In this document: piece after piece, positions 10,788 through 24,283 of the stretch
Numbering within the stretch: position 1 is the first letter of the stretch
Layout: the number at the start of each line of letters is the position of its first letter
Made by a program: the position numbers and the translations under genes
Notes under the pieces: model-generated
What the model saw: only the letters and a program-made list of their open reading frames with translations
Told to the model about the DNA's origin: nothing
Databases searched by the model: none
NCBI RefSeq assembly: GCF_003334305.1
Contig: NZ_QOWS01000003.1
Reading direction: 5' to 3' (one strand)
Length of the DNA stretch: 64,000 bases
From: Escherichia coli
GTDB lineage: Bacteria; Pseudomonadota; Gammaproteobacteria; Enterobacterales; Enterobacteriaceae

Positions 10788-11618
10788 CTATTTACCAATA
10801 TAATTCCATTCACCATTTTTTAATTCAAACAGTTCTGGAAGAGATGACGGTTGCAGAGTCATGCGTTTGAGTGGCGCATCTTCATCACCGGGGATAACGT
10901 TATATCCCATTTTTGCATGGATCTCCGCGGTACCGGGATAGGCTTCTATACCAATTATTGGGTCATTTCCCATTCCAATATTAGCATTAAGTAATGCGGC
11001 AAGGGCGAATCCGGAAGAATTTGCTACCCCTGAGACAGTTATTATCTGATCAATATAGATATCAATTCTTGGCTGCTCATTGGTCCATCTTTTTGCCTGA
11101 GAAACTGGAAGGGTTGAAATATATCCTATCGTGGTTCCGGCGTAACCTGGAACATTGCAACCAGGGCCTAATGTTATTTCATGAACTGTATAGTCCTCAA
11201 CAGGATCGAAAGGGCTCTTCATAAATAAATTTAGCCGTAAACCTTCTGCTAATTCTGTAGCAGCATGCGCCTTTTTACATATACCACCATATATTTCGTC
11301 TAAAGCTGAGGTGATTTTCAAGTTTCGATAGAGCATACGTCCTGTTGTTGTAATACCATCGGATTCTCTGCATGCTTCTGTCACATAATTAAATGGCCAG
11401 GACTCTTTACTAATATCAAGTTTTCTAATTTCGACAACGCTTTTTCCATCGTAATTATGGTTATTGCCACGAGCAAGAGGCAGAAGATAGATATTTTCCG
11501 TATCCAGGCGAGCTCGTTCATATTTACGTGTTAACTCATTGTCGACTTTTGGGTGATGAAGGAAGTGATTATCTGTAATAATTTGACTCTGAAGGGCATT
11601 GCTTAATGGCATAGACAT
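10788..11618 (-). CDS. yjiC: Uncharacterised protein YjiC
   Basis: 276-aa ORF; AT-rich coding sequence flanked by AT-rich non-coding DNA; same position as K-12 yjiC between uxuR and iraD. No recognisable domain by eye. Confidence 0.75.
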   Translation of the reverse strand: MSMPLSNALQSQIITDNHFLHHPKVDNELTRKYERARLDTENIYLLPLARGNNHNYDGKSVVEIRKLDISKESWPFNYVTEACRESDGITTTGRMLYRNLKITSALDEIYGGICKKAHAATELAEGLRLNLFMKSPFDPVEDYTVHEITLGPGCNVPGYAGTTIGYISTLPVSQAKRWTNEQPRIDIYIDQIITVSGVANSSGFALAALLNANIGMGNDPIIGIEAYPGTAEIHAKMGYNVIPGDEDAPLKRMTLQPSSLPELFELKNGEWNYIGK

Positions 11619-12290
11619 AATAGTTACCTTTTAGGAGTATTTCACTGATGTTTAGAAAAATAGATAAATTTTTCTGTAGTAAAAAGAGAAGTAAACAAAT
11701 GACATGCATGTTTCTGTTGTAGTGATATCAACTCTACACGGTGATATTAAAGGGTAGGAAACACTCTAAAGTATCAAAAAACGCTCATTTGAAATTATTT
11801 TCATGCAATTAAAAAGCATATCTTATTACTAATTGGAATTTGATGTTGCTATATTGATGTCTATATTAATAATGCCTGTGAATGGTATTTTTGATGTATT
11901 TGATATGTTATCAATTTATATTATTTACAAACTAATTGTTTCAAATAATACATGGCTGATTATGCGGAAATAAATAATTTCCCACCGGAATTAAGTAGCA
12001 GCGGTGACAAGTATTTTCATCTACGTAACTATTCGGAATATTCAGAATATACTAGCGGTTTTTTTTTGAGTTTGATGATTTTTATCAAATCATGACTTTT
12101 TTCCTGAAAAGTCAGTAGATATTCATAGGCAAGTAAGGTTTTATACTTTGCTGACAGGATTCAGGCCTGTCTCAGACTGACATGGATGTAATGAACAAAA
12201 GGGAATGGCTATGGAAAATGAGCATCAATACAGTGGTGCCCGGTGTTCAGGGCAAGCCGCATATGTTGCTAAACGTCAGGAGTGCGCAAA

Positions 12291-12683
12291 ATGATGCGCC
12301 AATCACTTCAGGCTGTTTTACCTGAAATTTCAGGCAATAAAACGTCATTGCTGCGTAAATCGGTATGCAGCGATCTCCTCACTCTTTTTAATTCTCCTCA
12401 TTCGGCATTACCGTCATTACTTGTTTCAGGCATGCCAGAGTGGCAAGTGCATAACCAGAGCGACAAACATCTCCAGAGCTGGTATTGCCGTCAGCTGCGT
12501 TCTGCACTGTTATTTCATGAGCCACGGATTGCGGCGTTGCAGGTTAATTTTAAAGAAGCGTACTGCCACACTCTGGCGATCAGCCTTGAGATAATGCTGT
12601 ACCACGACGGTGAACCGCTAACGTTTGATCTGGTCTGGGATAATGGCGGTTGGTGTAGTGCGATGCTGGAGAATGTCAGCTAA
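12291..12683 (+). CDS. iraD: Anti-adaptor protein IraD (inhibitor of RssB-mediated RpoS degradation)
   Basis: 130 aa starting [17 protein letters not shown]; recognised IraD; long AT-rich upstream leader region. Confidence 0.85.
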   Translation: MMRQSLQAVLPEISGNKTSLLRKSVCSDLLTLFNSPHSALPSLLVSGMPEWQVHNQSDKHLQSWYCRQLRSALLFHEPRIAALQVNFKEAYCHTLAISLEIMLYHDGEPLTFDLVWDNGGWCSAMLENVS

Positions 12684-13587
12684 GCACAATCTCCAGCTCG
12701 CGCAGTTCACGCCAGAAGCGTTCGGCAACTGGATTCATGCGGGTATTCATTCGGTATGCATAGGCCTGAATCGGGATCACCAGTTCGTCCCGATTCAGTA
12801 CAACGAGCTTCCCGCTGCGAATTTCTTGTTGGATGGCGTACTCCGGCAGCCAGGCAATCCCACAGCCGTCGAGGGCAACCTGCTTTAAAAGCTCGCTCAT
12901 CGAAGAGACAAAAAAGGTGCTGAAACTTAACTCACTGTGGCGCGTCAGGGTGCGATTAATCAATCGCCCCATGTAGGAGTTGCGGCTGTAATTCAGTAAC
13001 GGAAAGTGTGGCTGCGCGAGGTTAAAAAGTGCTTCTCCGTGTTCGTCACTGGCGCAGACAGGGAACAATTGAGATTCAAATAAGCGAATGTGGTCAAACG
13101 GCGCTTCCAGCAAATCTTCGTCGTGAAAGGAAAAAATACAGTCACTTTGCCCTTCACGCAGTTTATCGACCGCTTCATCGACATCAATAGCTTCAATTGC
13201 CCAGGTAAAGAGCGGCGGCATCTGGCTGATAATGGACGGTAACAGCCCGAGGGAAAGAGAGTGTGCAGCGGCTATCTTGATTTTTCGTTGCGCGTAATCG
13301 CTGCCGCCACGCAGCTCTGCCAGATTGCTCTCTAACTGTTGCAACAGATGGCGGATCTGCGAATGGAAGATTTTCCCTTGTTCTGAGAGTTGCAGCGGCG
13401 TTACCTGGCGGTTAAACAATTCAACACCAATCGCCTGTTCCAGCGCACGGATGCGGCGGCTGAATGCCGGTTGCGAGACGTTGCGACTGACTGCCGCCTG
13501 GGAAAAATTGCGGCATTTTTCCAGGGTCAGAAAATCATAAAGCCATTTGGTTTCAATATTATGCAAAATCGCACCACAGTCATCCAT
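12676..13587 (-). CDS. hypT: LysR-family transcriptional regulator (hypochlorite-responsive HypT/YjiE)
   Basis: 303-aa ORF with N-terminal LysR HTH ([29 protein letters not shown]); 3' end overlaps the iraD 3' end by 8 nt (convergent). Confidence 0.85.
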   Translation of the reverse strand: MDDCGAILHNIETKWLYDFLTLEKCRNFSQAAVSRNVSQPAFSRRIRALEQAIGVELFNRQVTPLQLSEQGKIFHSQIRHLLQQLESNLAELRGGSDYAQRKIKIAAAHSLSLGLLPSIISQMPPLFTWAIEAIDVDEAVDKLREGQSDCIFSFHDEDLLEAPFDHIRLFESQLFPVCASDEHGEALFNLAQPHFPLLNYSRNSYMGRLINRTLTRHSELSFSTFFVSSMSELLKQVALDGCGIAWLPEYAIQQEIRSGKLVVLNRDELVIPIQAYAYRMNTRMNPVAERFWRELRELEIVLS

Positions 13588-13651
13588 TACGTTTTACTCT
13601 GTCAGCCGCCCTTGCGGGCATTCTACGTCCATTCGGGCGGCTGACAACCGT

Positions 13652-14824
13652 TTAAGCCGTTTCAAACGTTCCATTCACGCAGGCTTTGCCGTCTTTGACC
13701 ATCAGTTTGCCGCGAGCGTATACCTGCTCAATGCGCAGTTCTGGCGTCATGACCAGCAAGTCAGCATCATTGCCTGGCAGAATTTCGCCTTTCCCGGTCA
13801 GGTTAAGGAAACCGGCTACGCTACTGGTGAGCGGGCGCAGGGCATCGCTGATACTGAAATCATAGTCTTTGACCAGCACCTGCACGGTTTCCAGCAACGT
13901 TTCAAAACCGGCAACACCGATATGGGTTAAATTCCCTTCGTCATCGAAGAACGGCTGGCTACCGTTGCCGTCGGAGCTGAGGGTGACGCGTGCCAGCGGA
14001 ATACCCGCCTGAACGGCGCGGGCAATACCTTCGGCAGGGGCGACCGGTTCGTCAATGCTGCTGGTGATATCGATAGTGCCGCCTTTGCGCGCGAACTCCA
14101 GCGCCTGCTCAAACAACGGAACGTTGCGGTTAACGTGGGTCGGCAGCAACTTGCTGATCGGCACATCGCAGTTTTCCAGCAGGTCATAGACAGGCTGTAA
14201 CGCCTTTTTGCTGTCGCCCATGTGGAACACGGTGACGCCAGGTTTACCGCCGAGCAAACCGCCAACGCGGGATTCCGCCGCCATATTAGCCAGGTGATAA
14301 ACGTCCGGTGCGGCAGAACGGTGATCAGAGATGGCGCATTTCACGCCAATCACACGATCGATAATCGCCACGTCTTTTTCCACGGAACCTGTAATGGTGC
14401 GGGAAGGGACATGATAAGCGCCGGTCAGCATCCAGGCGCTGATGCCTTCTTCATTGAGCGCACGGGTCTTGGCGAGCAGGGATTCCGGGTGGCGAGAGAT
14501 AGAGTCGGTGCCCAGCAGACCAACCACTGACGTGACGCCCGCTTCCGTCAGGCGACTTAGCGCCACTTCTGGCGTGCGCGTCGTGGGACCTGCTTCGCCG
14601 CCACCACCAATCAAATGGACGTGTTGATCAATAAAACCAGGACAGAGGATCTGCCCGCTGAGATCGACAACCGTGCAGTCCGGTACAATGTCAGAAGGGA
14701 TATTGCTGGCAACGGCGATAATTTTGCCGTTAGCGACGAGGACATCGCAAATTCCCCGATCTTCCGGCGCATACAAATGCGCTCCCTGCAGCAGGGTAAA
14801 ACCGGCTGCGGTATAATCAATCAT
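13652..14824 (-). CDS. iadA: Isoaspartyl dipeptidase
   Basis: 390-aa ORF; amidohydrolase-superfamily features (HVHLIGGGGEAG metal-binding region); recognised IadA. Confidence 0.9.
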   Translation of the reverse strand: MIDYTAAGFTLLQGAHLYAPEDRGICDVLVANGKIIAVASNIPSDIVPDCTVVDLSGQILCPGFIDQHVHLIGGGGEAGPTTRTPEVALSRLTEAGVTSVVGLLGTDSISRHPESLLAKTRALNEEGISAWMLTGAYHVPSRTITGSVEKDVAIIDRVIGVKCAISDHRSAAPDVYHLANMAAESRVGGLLGGKPGVTVFHMGDSKKALQPVYDLLENCDVPISKLLPTHVNRNVPLFEQALEFARKGGTIDITSSIDEPVAPAEGIARAVQAGIPLARVTLSSDGNGSQPFFDDEGNLTHIGVAGFETLLETVQVLVKDYDFSISDALRPLTSSVAGFLNLTGKGEILPGNDADLLVMTPELRIEQVYARGKLMVKDGKACVNGTFETA

Positions 14825-14836
14825 GGTAACTCCTTG

Positions 14837-15298
14837 TTAAACAATAAGCTGCATAACCCAGATCGACAGCAATGCGTTAATCACGCAGACCGTAATGATA
14901 TGCGGGTAATATTTGGCATTCACTTCGGCTGTCCCCAGGCAGCGACCGACATTTTGCACCGGGTTGCCCATTAAATACATCGCGGGCAGTAAAACGGTGA
15001 CATCGTGACCGGTTAATGCGCCGGCGGTCGCCAGACTGGCGGCAACACCGACTGCGCCGCCCATACTCATTAATGCGGCTAAAAGGACGGTTGCCGCTTC
15101 ACCGGGTAATCCCCACAGCGCCATTACGGGTTCACAGATATGCCCCACCCAGTCGAGCAGGCCGGTAATTTTCAGCGCCTGAATGATGACAAACGCCATC
15201 ACCACGTTTGGCAGCAGGTTGGTCGTGGCGATAGTAAAGCCACGGCGCGCGCCATCGATAAACATATCCATGACGTTTTTGCGGACCTGAGTTGTCAT
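14837..15298 (-). CDS. yjiG: Inner-membrane protein YjiG (nucleoside-recognition/SpmB-like)
   Basis: 153-aa hydrophobic ORF directly downstream of iadA; 4-nt overlap with yjiH suggests translational coupling. Confidence 0.8.
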   Translation of the reverse strand: MTTQVRKNVMDMFIDGARRGFTIATTNLLPNVVMAFVIIQALKITGLLDWVGHICEPVMALWGLPGEAATVLLAALMSMGGAVGVAASLATAGALTGHDVTVLLPAMYLMGNPVQNVGRCLGTAEVNAKYYPHIITVCVINALLSIWVMQLIV

Positions 15299-15978
15299 GC
15301 TTGCGCTCCTTGCGTTGGGTTGCGACGTTCTTCGAAGTTAAGCCAGACGCGCAAAATGTTGGCTCCGACAAATTTAAACACCAGGATGACGGCTAAAGGT
15401 ACGATTACGGACGTGCCCAGAAAGGCGAACACCGCGACGCCGGAAGAGAAGTAGTTGGTGATGATGGCGCTACCGCTGGTTTGATATGCGGCGAAAATCA
15501 CTTTATCGCGTTCGGTAATTTCCCCTTCCTGCGCCAGCTCTTTGGTCATACCGGCGGCGGCATCAGTGTTTTGCAGGTTAGCGATCAGCGCCAGCGAGCA
15601 GATCCCTGGAATGCCCAACAACGGTTTTAGCACAGGCGTCATTAACTGCTGCGCGGCGCGTAATCCACCAAGACCATCGGTAATTGAAATAATCCCCAGA
15701 GAGAGAATGACTGACGGTGCCAGCTCCAGCGCAAAGAGAAAGCCATCTTTAGCCCCCGCGCCACCCGCCCCGCGAAATGAGGTGGTGGCTCCATTCGCAC
15801 CAGGCAGTTGCCCAAACGATCCGTTCAGAACGGAAAAATCAAAAACGCGCCACCAGCTGTCTGTCCCGGAAAAAACTCCGGAAAAAAAGATTATGGTGAG
15901 AAAAAAAGCCAGATACCCTTTAATGCCCACTTTTTCTGTCGCCAGCTCCCCGGCTACAGCATCCCCTTGTTGTGTCAT
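15295..15978 (-). CDS. yjiH: Inner-membrane protein YjiH (nucleoside-recognition/SpmA-like)
   Basis: Hydrophobic ORF 15295..15990; start assigned to the second Met (MTQQGD...), giving about 227 aa; start position uncertain by 12 nt. Confidence 0.75.
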   Translation of the reverse strand: MTQQGDAVAGELATEKVGIKGYLAFFLTIIFFSGVFSGTDSWWRVFDFSVLNGSFGQLPGANGATTSFRGAGGAGAKDGFLFALELAPSVILSLGIISITDGLGGLRAAQQLMTPVLKPLLGIPGICSLALIANLQNTDAAAGMTKELAQEGEITERDKVIFAAYQTSGSAIITNYFSSGVAVFAFLGTSVIVPLAVILVFKFVGANILRVWLNFEERRNPTQGAQA

Positions 15979-16227
15979 AACAATCCCCATTGTTTTTTTG
16001 TGTTTGTGTGTTGCTTGAGCCAGGAAAATTCCTGGAGCTGAAAAACCTTATCAGCCATGTGGGTATGGGGAAAATGCAAGTATGTTTCTTGCTATGCGTT
16101 TTTTGCATAGCGGAAAAATTACGCTGTGTAGAAAAGGCTCTGCGCAGGATTGAGTTGCAGAAAATTCATAAACCCAGTGACAATGACATCAGTAAATAAA
16201 AACAGAAAATCCAGGGACGAAAACGCG

Positions 16228-16782
16228 ATGGCAAAGTACAACGAAAAAGAGTTGGCGGATACGAGCAAGTTTTTAAGTTTTGTCCTCCGACACAAACCGG
16301 AGGCGATTGGTATCGTACTTGACCGTGAAGGATGGGCGGATATCGATAAGCTCATACTTTGTGCCCAAAAAGCGGGCAAGCGGTTAACCCGTGCATTGCT
16401 GGATACTGTGGTTGCCACCAGCGATAAAAAGCGTTTTAGTCATTCCAGTGATGGTAGGTGCATCCGCGCGGTTCAGGGGCATTCGACTTCGCAGGTCGCC
16501 ATTTCCTTTGCCGAAAAAACACCGCCACAGTTTCTCTACCACGGTACGGCAAGCCGTTTCCTTGACGAGATAAAAAAACAGGGGCTGATTGCAGGGGAGC
16601 GTCATTACGTACATCTCTCTGCTGATGAAGCAACGGCACGCAAAGTGGGAGCAAGACACGGATCGCCGGTTATCTTAACCGTCAAAGCACAGGAAATGGC
16701 GAAACGAGGCATCCCTTTCTGGCAAGCGGAAAACGGGGTCTGGCTGACATCAACGGTTGCTGTTGAGTTTCTTGAGTGGTAA
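16228..16782 (+). CDS. kptA: RNA 2'-phosphotransferase (Tpt1/KptA family)
   Basis: 184 aa from [29 protein letters not shown]; recognised KptA. Earlier in-frame Met codons in the 210-aa ORF are rejected. Confidence 0.85.
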   Translation: MAKYNEKELADTSKFLSFVLRHKPEAIGIVLDREGWADIDKLILCAQKAGKRLTRALLDTVVATSDKKRFSHSSDGRCIRAVQGHSTSQVAISFAEKTPPQFLYHGTASRFLDEIKKQGLIAGERHYVHLSADEATARKVGARHGSPVILTVKAQEMAKRGIPFWQAENGVWLTSTVAVEFLEW

Positions 16783-16794
16783 GGGAAACACTCC

Positions 16795-17973
16795 TCATGA
16801 AGTGACCACTTGCAGCTTAAATAATTGTACTGTGCTGATAAGCGCAGCAATAAACAACGCCGCCGCGCCGCAGAGAGTGGCGCCGGCAAGCGCCGATGTT
16901 CCATTGCCGAGCATACTGGTCAGCGCCGGGCCGAGGATTTGTCCAATGCCGTAAATGAGCGTCACAAAGCCTAAAAGATTGAGATTTCCCGGAACGCTCA
17001 GTTGGCGGGCGATAGTCATCACCAGAGATGTCGTGCCCATAAAGGTACCGCCAAAACCGATACTACTAATGATAAGCAAGAGAGGAGAGTCGCTGGCGAG
17101 AGTAAGCAGCACACTGATAGCCTGCACCAGCAAATTCGCCGTCAGGCAAGGCAAAGCCCCCCAACGTTTTGCTGCCCATAGCCAGCCAAAGCAGCCTGGC
17201 ACAATTGATAAGCCGACTAACGTCCAGAGATGGGCGGTTAACAATGGTGAGCCTGCATCTTTCGCCATGAGCGGCAGGTAAGTCGCGACGATGATATAAC
17301 CAAATCCCGCAAGGCCGTACAGAATAGCCAGTAACCACCAGCTCATTATCTGTTGCTCCGTTTTTGCCAATGGCATTGGTGCGATGGCGTGTTTTTTCGA
17401 GGGCATTAAAAGCGTAAGTGCAATCAGCATCATGCCAGAAAGCGCCCCGGCGCCTTGCCATAACGTTTGCGAGGAGAAGGCAAAATGCAGGCCTGCCAGA
17501 ACATATTCGTTGCCCAGTGCAATGCCAATGCCAACGCCAGAAAACAAAGCTGCCAGCACAAAAGGATGGCGCGTGTGCTGCATAATCAGCGTCGAACCAA
17601 AAATCAGCATACCGGCGCTGGCGACACCCGCCAGGAAGCGAATCAATAACACCAGAATAAATGGCGGCAACCATGCCATTGCGAGGATCAACAACCCGCT
17701 CGCCAGGGCAGAAACCAACAGTAATGGGCGCAGGCGCGACGGCTGGTGAAATGCGCCAAACGAAAATAGCAGACTGCCAGCCAGATACCCCGCATAGTTG
17801 CCGCTGGCAATCCACGAGAGCTGGCTAAATGAAAACGCCCCTTCCGCCATCATGACGGGCAACATAGGCGTATAAAGGAAGCGACCTAATCCCATACCTA
17901 AGGTCAGAACCAGCATCCCGAAAAGCGCGGTGCTGAAAGAAAAGCGTTCTACGGGATGCGAGGACGAAGGCAT
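16795..17973 (-). CDS. yjiJ: MFS-type transporter YjiJ
   Basis: 392-aa polytopic membrane ORF; recognised YjiJ; convergent with kptA. Confidence 0.85.
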   Translation of the reverse strand: MPSSSHPVERFSFSTALFGMLVLTLGMGLGRFLYTPMLPVMMAEGAFSFSQLSWIASGNYAGYLAGSLLFSFGAFHQPSRLRPLLLVSALASGLLILAMAWLPPFILVLLIRFLAGVASAGMLIFGSTLIMQHTRHPFVLAALFSGVGIGIALGNEYVLAGLHFAFSSQTLWQGAGALSGMMLIALTLLMPSKKHAIAPMPLAKTEQQIMSWWLLAILYGLAGFGYIIVATYLPLMAKDAGSPLLTAHLWTLVGLSIVPGCFGWLWAAKRWGALPCLTANLLVQAISVLLTLASDSPLLLIISSIGFGGTFMGTTSLVMTIARQLSVPGNLNLLGFVTLIYGIGQILGPALTSMLGNGTSALAGATLCGAAALFIAALISTVQLFKLQVVTS

Positions 17974-18040
17974 GTTTAACCTTGTATGTCATTTTTGTTG
18001 TTAACAAGTTAATAACAAAAAGGTGAAATATGCCAGCCTG

Positions 18041-19048
<1,008 letters not shown>

Positions 19049-19219
19049 TCACCCATTGTATTTCCTCGCCGGGGGGACAGGTCAGCCAAATGCATAACCC
19101 GCAGCCGCCGCGTAAATCACGGGGAATATCGCTGACGCGAAAAGTCATGCCCGCTGCCTGCAACGCCTTGCGGGTTTGTATGACGCCGACCGTGGAGTGA
19201 AATAAAAATAAAAACTCTT

Positions 19220-21148
<1,929 letters not shown>

Positions 21149-21263
21149 GATTTTCCTTCCCCGTACCACGGGAGATAATGAAAAGAGGCCACATTATTAC
21201 CATTCTTTTAGTGTGGTTTATTTGATCTCTCTCGCGGTTAGCTACTTAGTTTTTCATGGATTT

Positions 21264-22544
21264 CTAAAAATTGCCGAGGGGGAACAAGGCCGGGAGCTGC
21301 GACAACAAATATAAAATTAGCCCAATACAACCGCCAACCAGCGTACCGTTGACACGGATAAACTGCAGATCTTTGCCGATATTTAACTCTATTTGCCGCG
21401 ACATATCCCGCGCATCCCAGCTTTTTACCGTATCGCTGATATGGCGCGTCAGGAATGCGGAAAACTCAGGCGCGACGCGGTGCGCGGCTTGTTCCAGATG
21501 ACCATTTAACGACGCCCGCAAGGCATCATCGGCAATTAACGTTTCGCCAAACCATTGACCCGCCCGCGCGATACGTTCTTTCACACGAGAATCTTCACTG
21601 TTGATATCCGCTTTCAGCCATTCCCGTAAATCCCCCCACAATTCACTGAGATAGCGGTTAAAAGCTTCATCTTCTTTCAGATAGCTTTTTACGGCATCAG
21701 CTCGCGCTGCCATTTCAGGATCGTTTTTCAACTTGTCGATCAGGGCAAAAGTGGCGCGATCAAACGCATGGCGGATCTGATGCGCACGATCGCGGCTGAT
21801 ATCATCAAGCAAAGAATTCACCGCGTCAGAAACCAACTCCGCGCTATGTTCGCCCAGCCATTCGGTGGGGAGAATTTTGGCTTTTAGTGGATGCTCGCTC
21901 TCCAGCCAGCGAACAATTTGCTGGGCGATTAACTTGCGCGATTTATCGCGCTGGAGAAGGGCGATCAACTGTGCGATCAGCGTATCCAGCAGCACCTGAT
22001 GACGATCGTTTTTGGTCATACTCTCCAGCATCAACGCACTGGTGCCGGAAAGATCTACCTTATCAATCGCCCGATGGACCGCGCGCTTAAGCAGGCGCTG
22101 AATACGCGCATCATCGGTCAGTTCAAGAAAACCGCTCATGATCTGCAACAGATGCTGACCAACGCGGCGGGCGTTTTCTGGCTGACTAAACCAGTTGCCA
22201 ATCAACAACGCCGGTTCGTGACGTCGAATCAATGCCACCAGCGACTGGGTATCGAGAAATTTTTCCTGCACGAACTGGCCGAGATTTTCGCCAATCCGGT
22301 CTTTATTACGCGGGATAATCGCCGTATGACGAGAAATGATCGGAATCGGCACGCGGCGAAACAGCGCCACCACCGCAAACCAGTCCGCCAGCGCGCCGAC
22401 CATCGCCGCTTCAGCAATCGCCTTCACGCCGCTCACCCAAAAATTGGGCGGCAAAAACAGCGTAACGACAAAGGTAGCAGCGGCGATAAGCAGTAAAGAG
22501 AGCGCCAACATTTTGGCGCGTCTGAGTTCAATGAGTTTATTCAT
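21264..22544 (-). CDS. yjiN: Uncharacterised inner-membrane protein YjiN (DUF445)
   Basis: 426-aa ORF with N-terminal transmembrane segment; recognised YjiN. Confidence 0.85.
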   Translation of the reverse strand: MNKLIELRRAKMLALSLLLIAAATFVVTLFLPPNFWVSGVKAIAEAAMVGALADWFAVVALFRRVPIPIISRHTAIIPRNKDRIGENLGQFVQEKFLDTQSLVALIRRHEPALLIGNWFSQPENARRVGQHLLQIMSGFLELTDDARIQRLLKRAVHRAIDKVDLSGTSALMLESMTKNDRHQVLLDTLIAQLIALLQRDKSRKLIAQQIVRWLESEHPLKAKILPTEWLGEHSAELVSDAVNSLLDDISRDRAHQIRHAFDRATFALIDKLKNDPEMAARADAVKSYLKEDEAFNRYLSELWGDLREWLKADINSEDSRVKERIARAGQWFGETLIADDALRASLNGHLEQAAHRVAPEFSAFLTRHISDTVKSWDARDMSRQIELNIGKDLQFIRVNGTLVGGCIGLILYLLSQLPALFPLGNF

Positions 22545-22584
22545 AACGTTAAGAATAGAGCCTGACGGCAGGATCGCGCAAAAA

Positions 22585-23817
22585 TCACCGCTCCTCCGCC
22601 AGCTCGGCAGCCTGATGTTGGCGCACGCGATTGAGCAATCCTGCCAGGGTGAAAACGACGATAACGCCCGCCACGACGGCTAACAGATGAAACGGCAAGC
22701 GACCGCCGTTAAACCACAGCCAGCGGCCGATTTCGACCGAGACAGACATCACCATCAGGATCACCATATTCAGCGATGCGGAGACGGTTCCTTTCGGTAA
22801 GTTATTGGAAAAAAGCGTAAAGCGGAATAAGGTCGGGAAGATCAAACCAATCCCGAAAGCATACAAACTGGTGCCCAGCACCGACCACAGCCAGACGTGC
22901 GGTGACAGCAGATTGCCGATAATCAACAGCGCGAGGCCGACCAGTTGAATGGGTACAGCACGCCAGATAAAGCGCGGTTCGGTCGGATCTTTAACGAAAC
23001 GCGCCACGATGGCATTCGCGACAATCACCGCGCCGAACACCGGAACCTGTGTCCAGGCGAACTGCGAAGTTGTTAAGCCGCCTGCGTCAATCAGGATCAC
23101 CGGCGAGACAGCCACCCAACTCATCATCGGGATATAGCTTAAAGAGATGGTTGCTGCGCCAAAGAGGAACAGCCGGTTGCAAAAGACATTACGAAAATCG
23201 CGCAAGACGCTTTTGGCGCTAAATGGAACCGCGCCGCGCTTCACCGTCTCTGGCATCGCCAGCAGTAAGCCAACAAATGAGATAAACCCCATAACCGCAA
23301 TGATGGCAAAAAGGACTTTCCAGTGCACAAAGTGCATCAGAGCTGCGCCGGAAAGCGGGCCAATAATCGGCGCAATCAGTACGATGGAGGTGATAATCGC
23401 CATCAACTTAATCCCTTTTGTCTGTCCGAACGCCTCCTGCACCGTGACATAACCAACGGTAGCAATAAAACAGATACTGGTGCCCTGAATTGCACGCGCG
23501 ATAAGAAACTGTGTCATAGACGTTGTGAACATTGTCGCAGCGCAGGCAAGGGTAAATATTAGCGCCCCGGTAATCAGCACCGGCCTGCGGCCAATCCTGT
23601 CGGAAAGCGGCCCCAGCAGCCACTGTAACGCCATACCCCCCGCGAGATAGAGACTGACGGCAGCCGGAGCCAGACTGACATCGGCATTAAAATCACGGAC
23701 CACATTAATGATCCCCGGCTGGATCAGATCCGTCGAAAGATAGGCGGCAAAGTCATACAAAATCAACGCCATCGGGAAAAACAGCGTAGCGGCATGGCGG
23801 GCAAAAAAACGTGGCAT
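22585..23817 (-). CDS. mdtM: Multidrug efflux MFS transporter
   Basis: 410 aa from [26 protein letters not shown]; 12-TM MFS; recognised MdtM (YjiO). Confidence 0.85.
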   Translation of the reverse strand: MPRFFARHAATLFFPMALILYDFAAYLSTDLIQPGIINVVRDFNADVSLAPAAVSLYLAGGMALQWLLGPLSDRIGRRPVLITGALIFTLACAATMFTTSMTQFLIARAIQGTSICFIATVGYVTVQEAFGQTKGIKLMAIITSIVLIAPIIGPLSGAALMHFVHWKVLFAIIAVMGFISFVGLLLAMPETVKRGAVPFSAKSVLRDFRNVFCNRLFLFGAATISLSYIPMMSWVAVSPVILIDAGGLTTSQFAWTQVPVFGAVIVANAIVARFVKDPTEPRFIWRAVPIQLVGLALLIIGNLLSPHVWLWSVLGTSLYAFGIGLIFPTLFRFTLFSNNLPKGTVSASLNMVILMVMSVSVEIGRWLWFNGGRLPFHLLAVVAGVIVVFTLAGLLNRVRQHQAAELAEER

Positions 23818-24283
23818 AACAAACAACTCCTTGTCCGGAGAACCCCAACGGGGAAAACGAAATTCAATACCGTCGGTAATGACGAAAGGCAGGCGAGAAG
23901 GACAAATGTACTGAATTTCATGTAATCAACCACACTGCCTGTGAACACACAGACAGAGAAATACCTTCTGACTCCAGGTCAGAATGTATAACGATTACAA
24001 ATAGTCATCAGCACATTACACCTCTTTAATTGATGGGTTGCATAGAAAATATACACCTTAAGTGTAATTAAAATTTGCGGTTAATCAAAAGAGCGCGGTG
24101 GAAAGGGGAATATCTGCCGGGTACAGGAAATGTAAAACGCGAGCCTGTTTCCGGAAAAATGTATCGTTTGCAGAGGAACACAAATAGCCTGGAAAGCGCC
24201 TCGGGGAACGAGAAATTGCCGGGTGAGAATGGTTTTGTTAGTCGCTACAGTCGGGCCATCTTATCTACAGGTGACGGATCGCC

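Noticed and set aside
11952-12095. 47-aa ORF (MADYAEINNFPPELSSSGDKYFHLRNYSEYSEYTSGFFLSLMIFIKS) in the AT-rich yjiC-iraD intergenic region
   Set aside because: No recognisable Shine-Dalgarno sequence; AT-rich DNA generates such ORFs by chance. It could still be an unannotated small protein, but the sequence alone does not support a call.
17066-17815. 249-aa ORF on the minus strand in a different frame inside yjiJ
   Set aside because: Overlaps the well-supported yjiJ MFS transporter frame; Arg/Cys/Trp-rich composition typical of an out-of-frame read of a GC-rich membrane-protein gene.
23827-24283. Possible mobile-element boundary next to rpnD (a transposase_31 relative)
   Set aside because: No terminal inverted repeats, target-site duplication or IS transposase found. 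Rpn genes are chromosomal and not part of a conventional IS.
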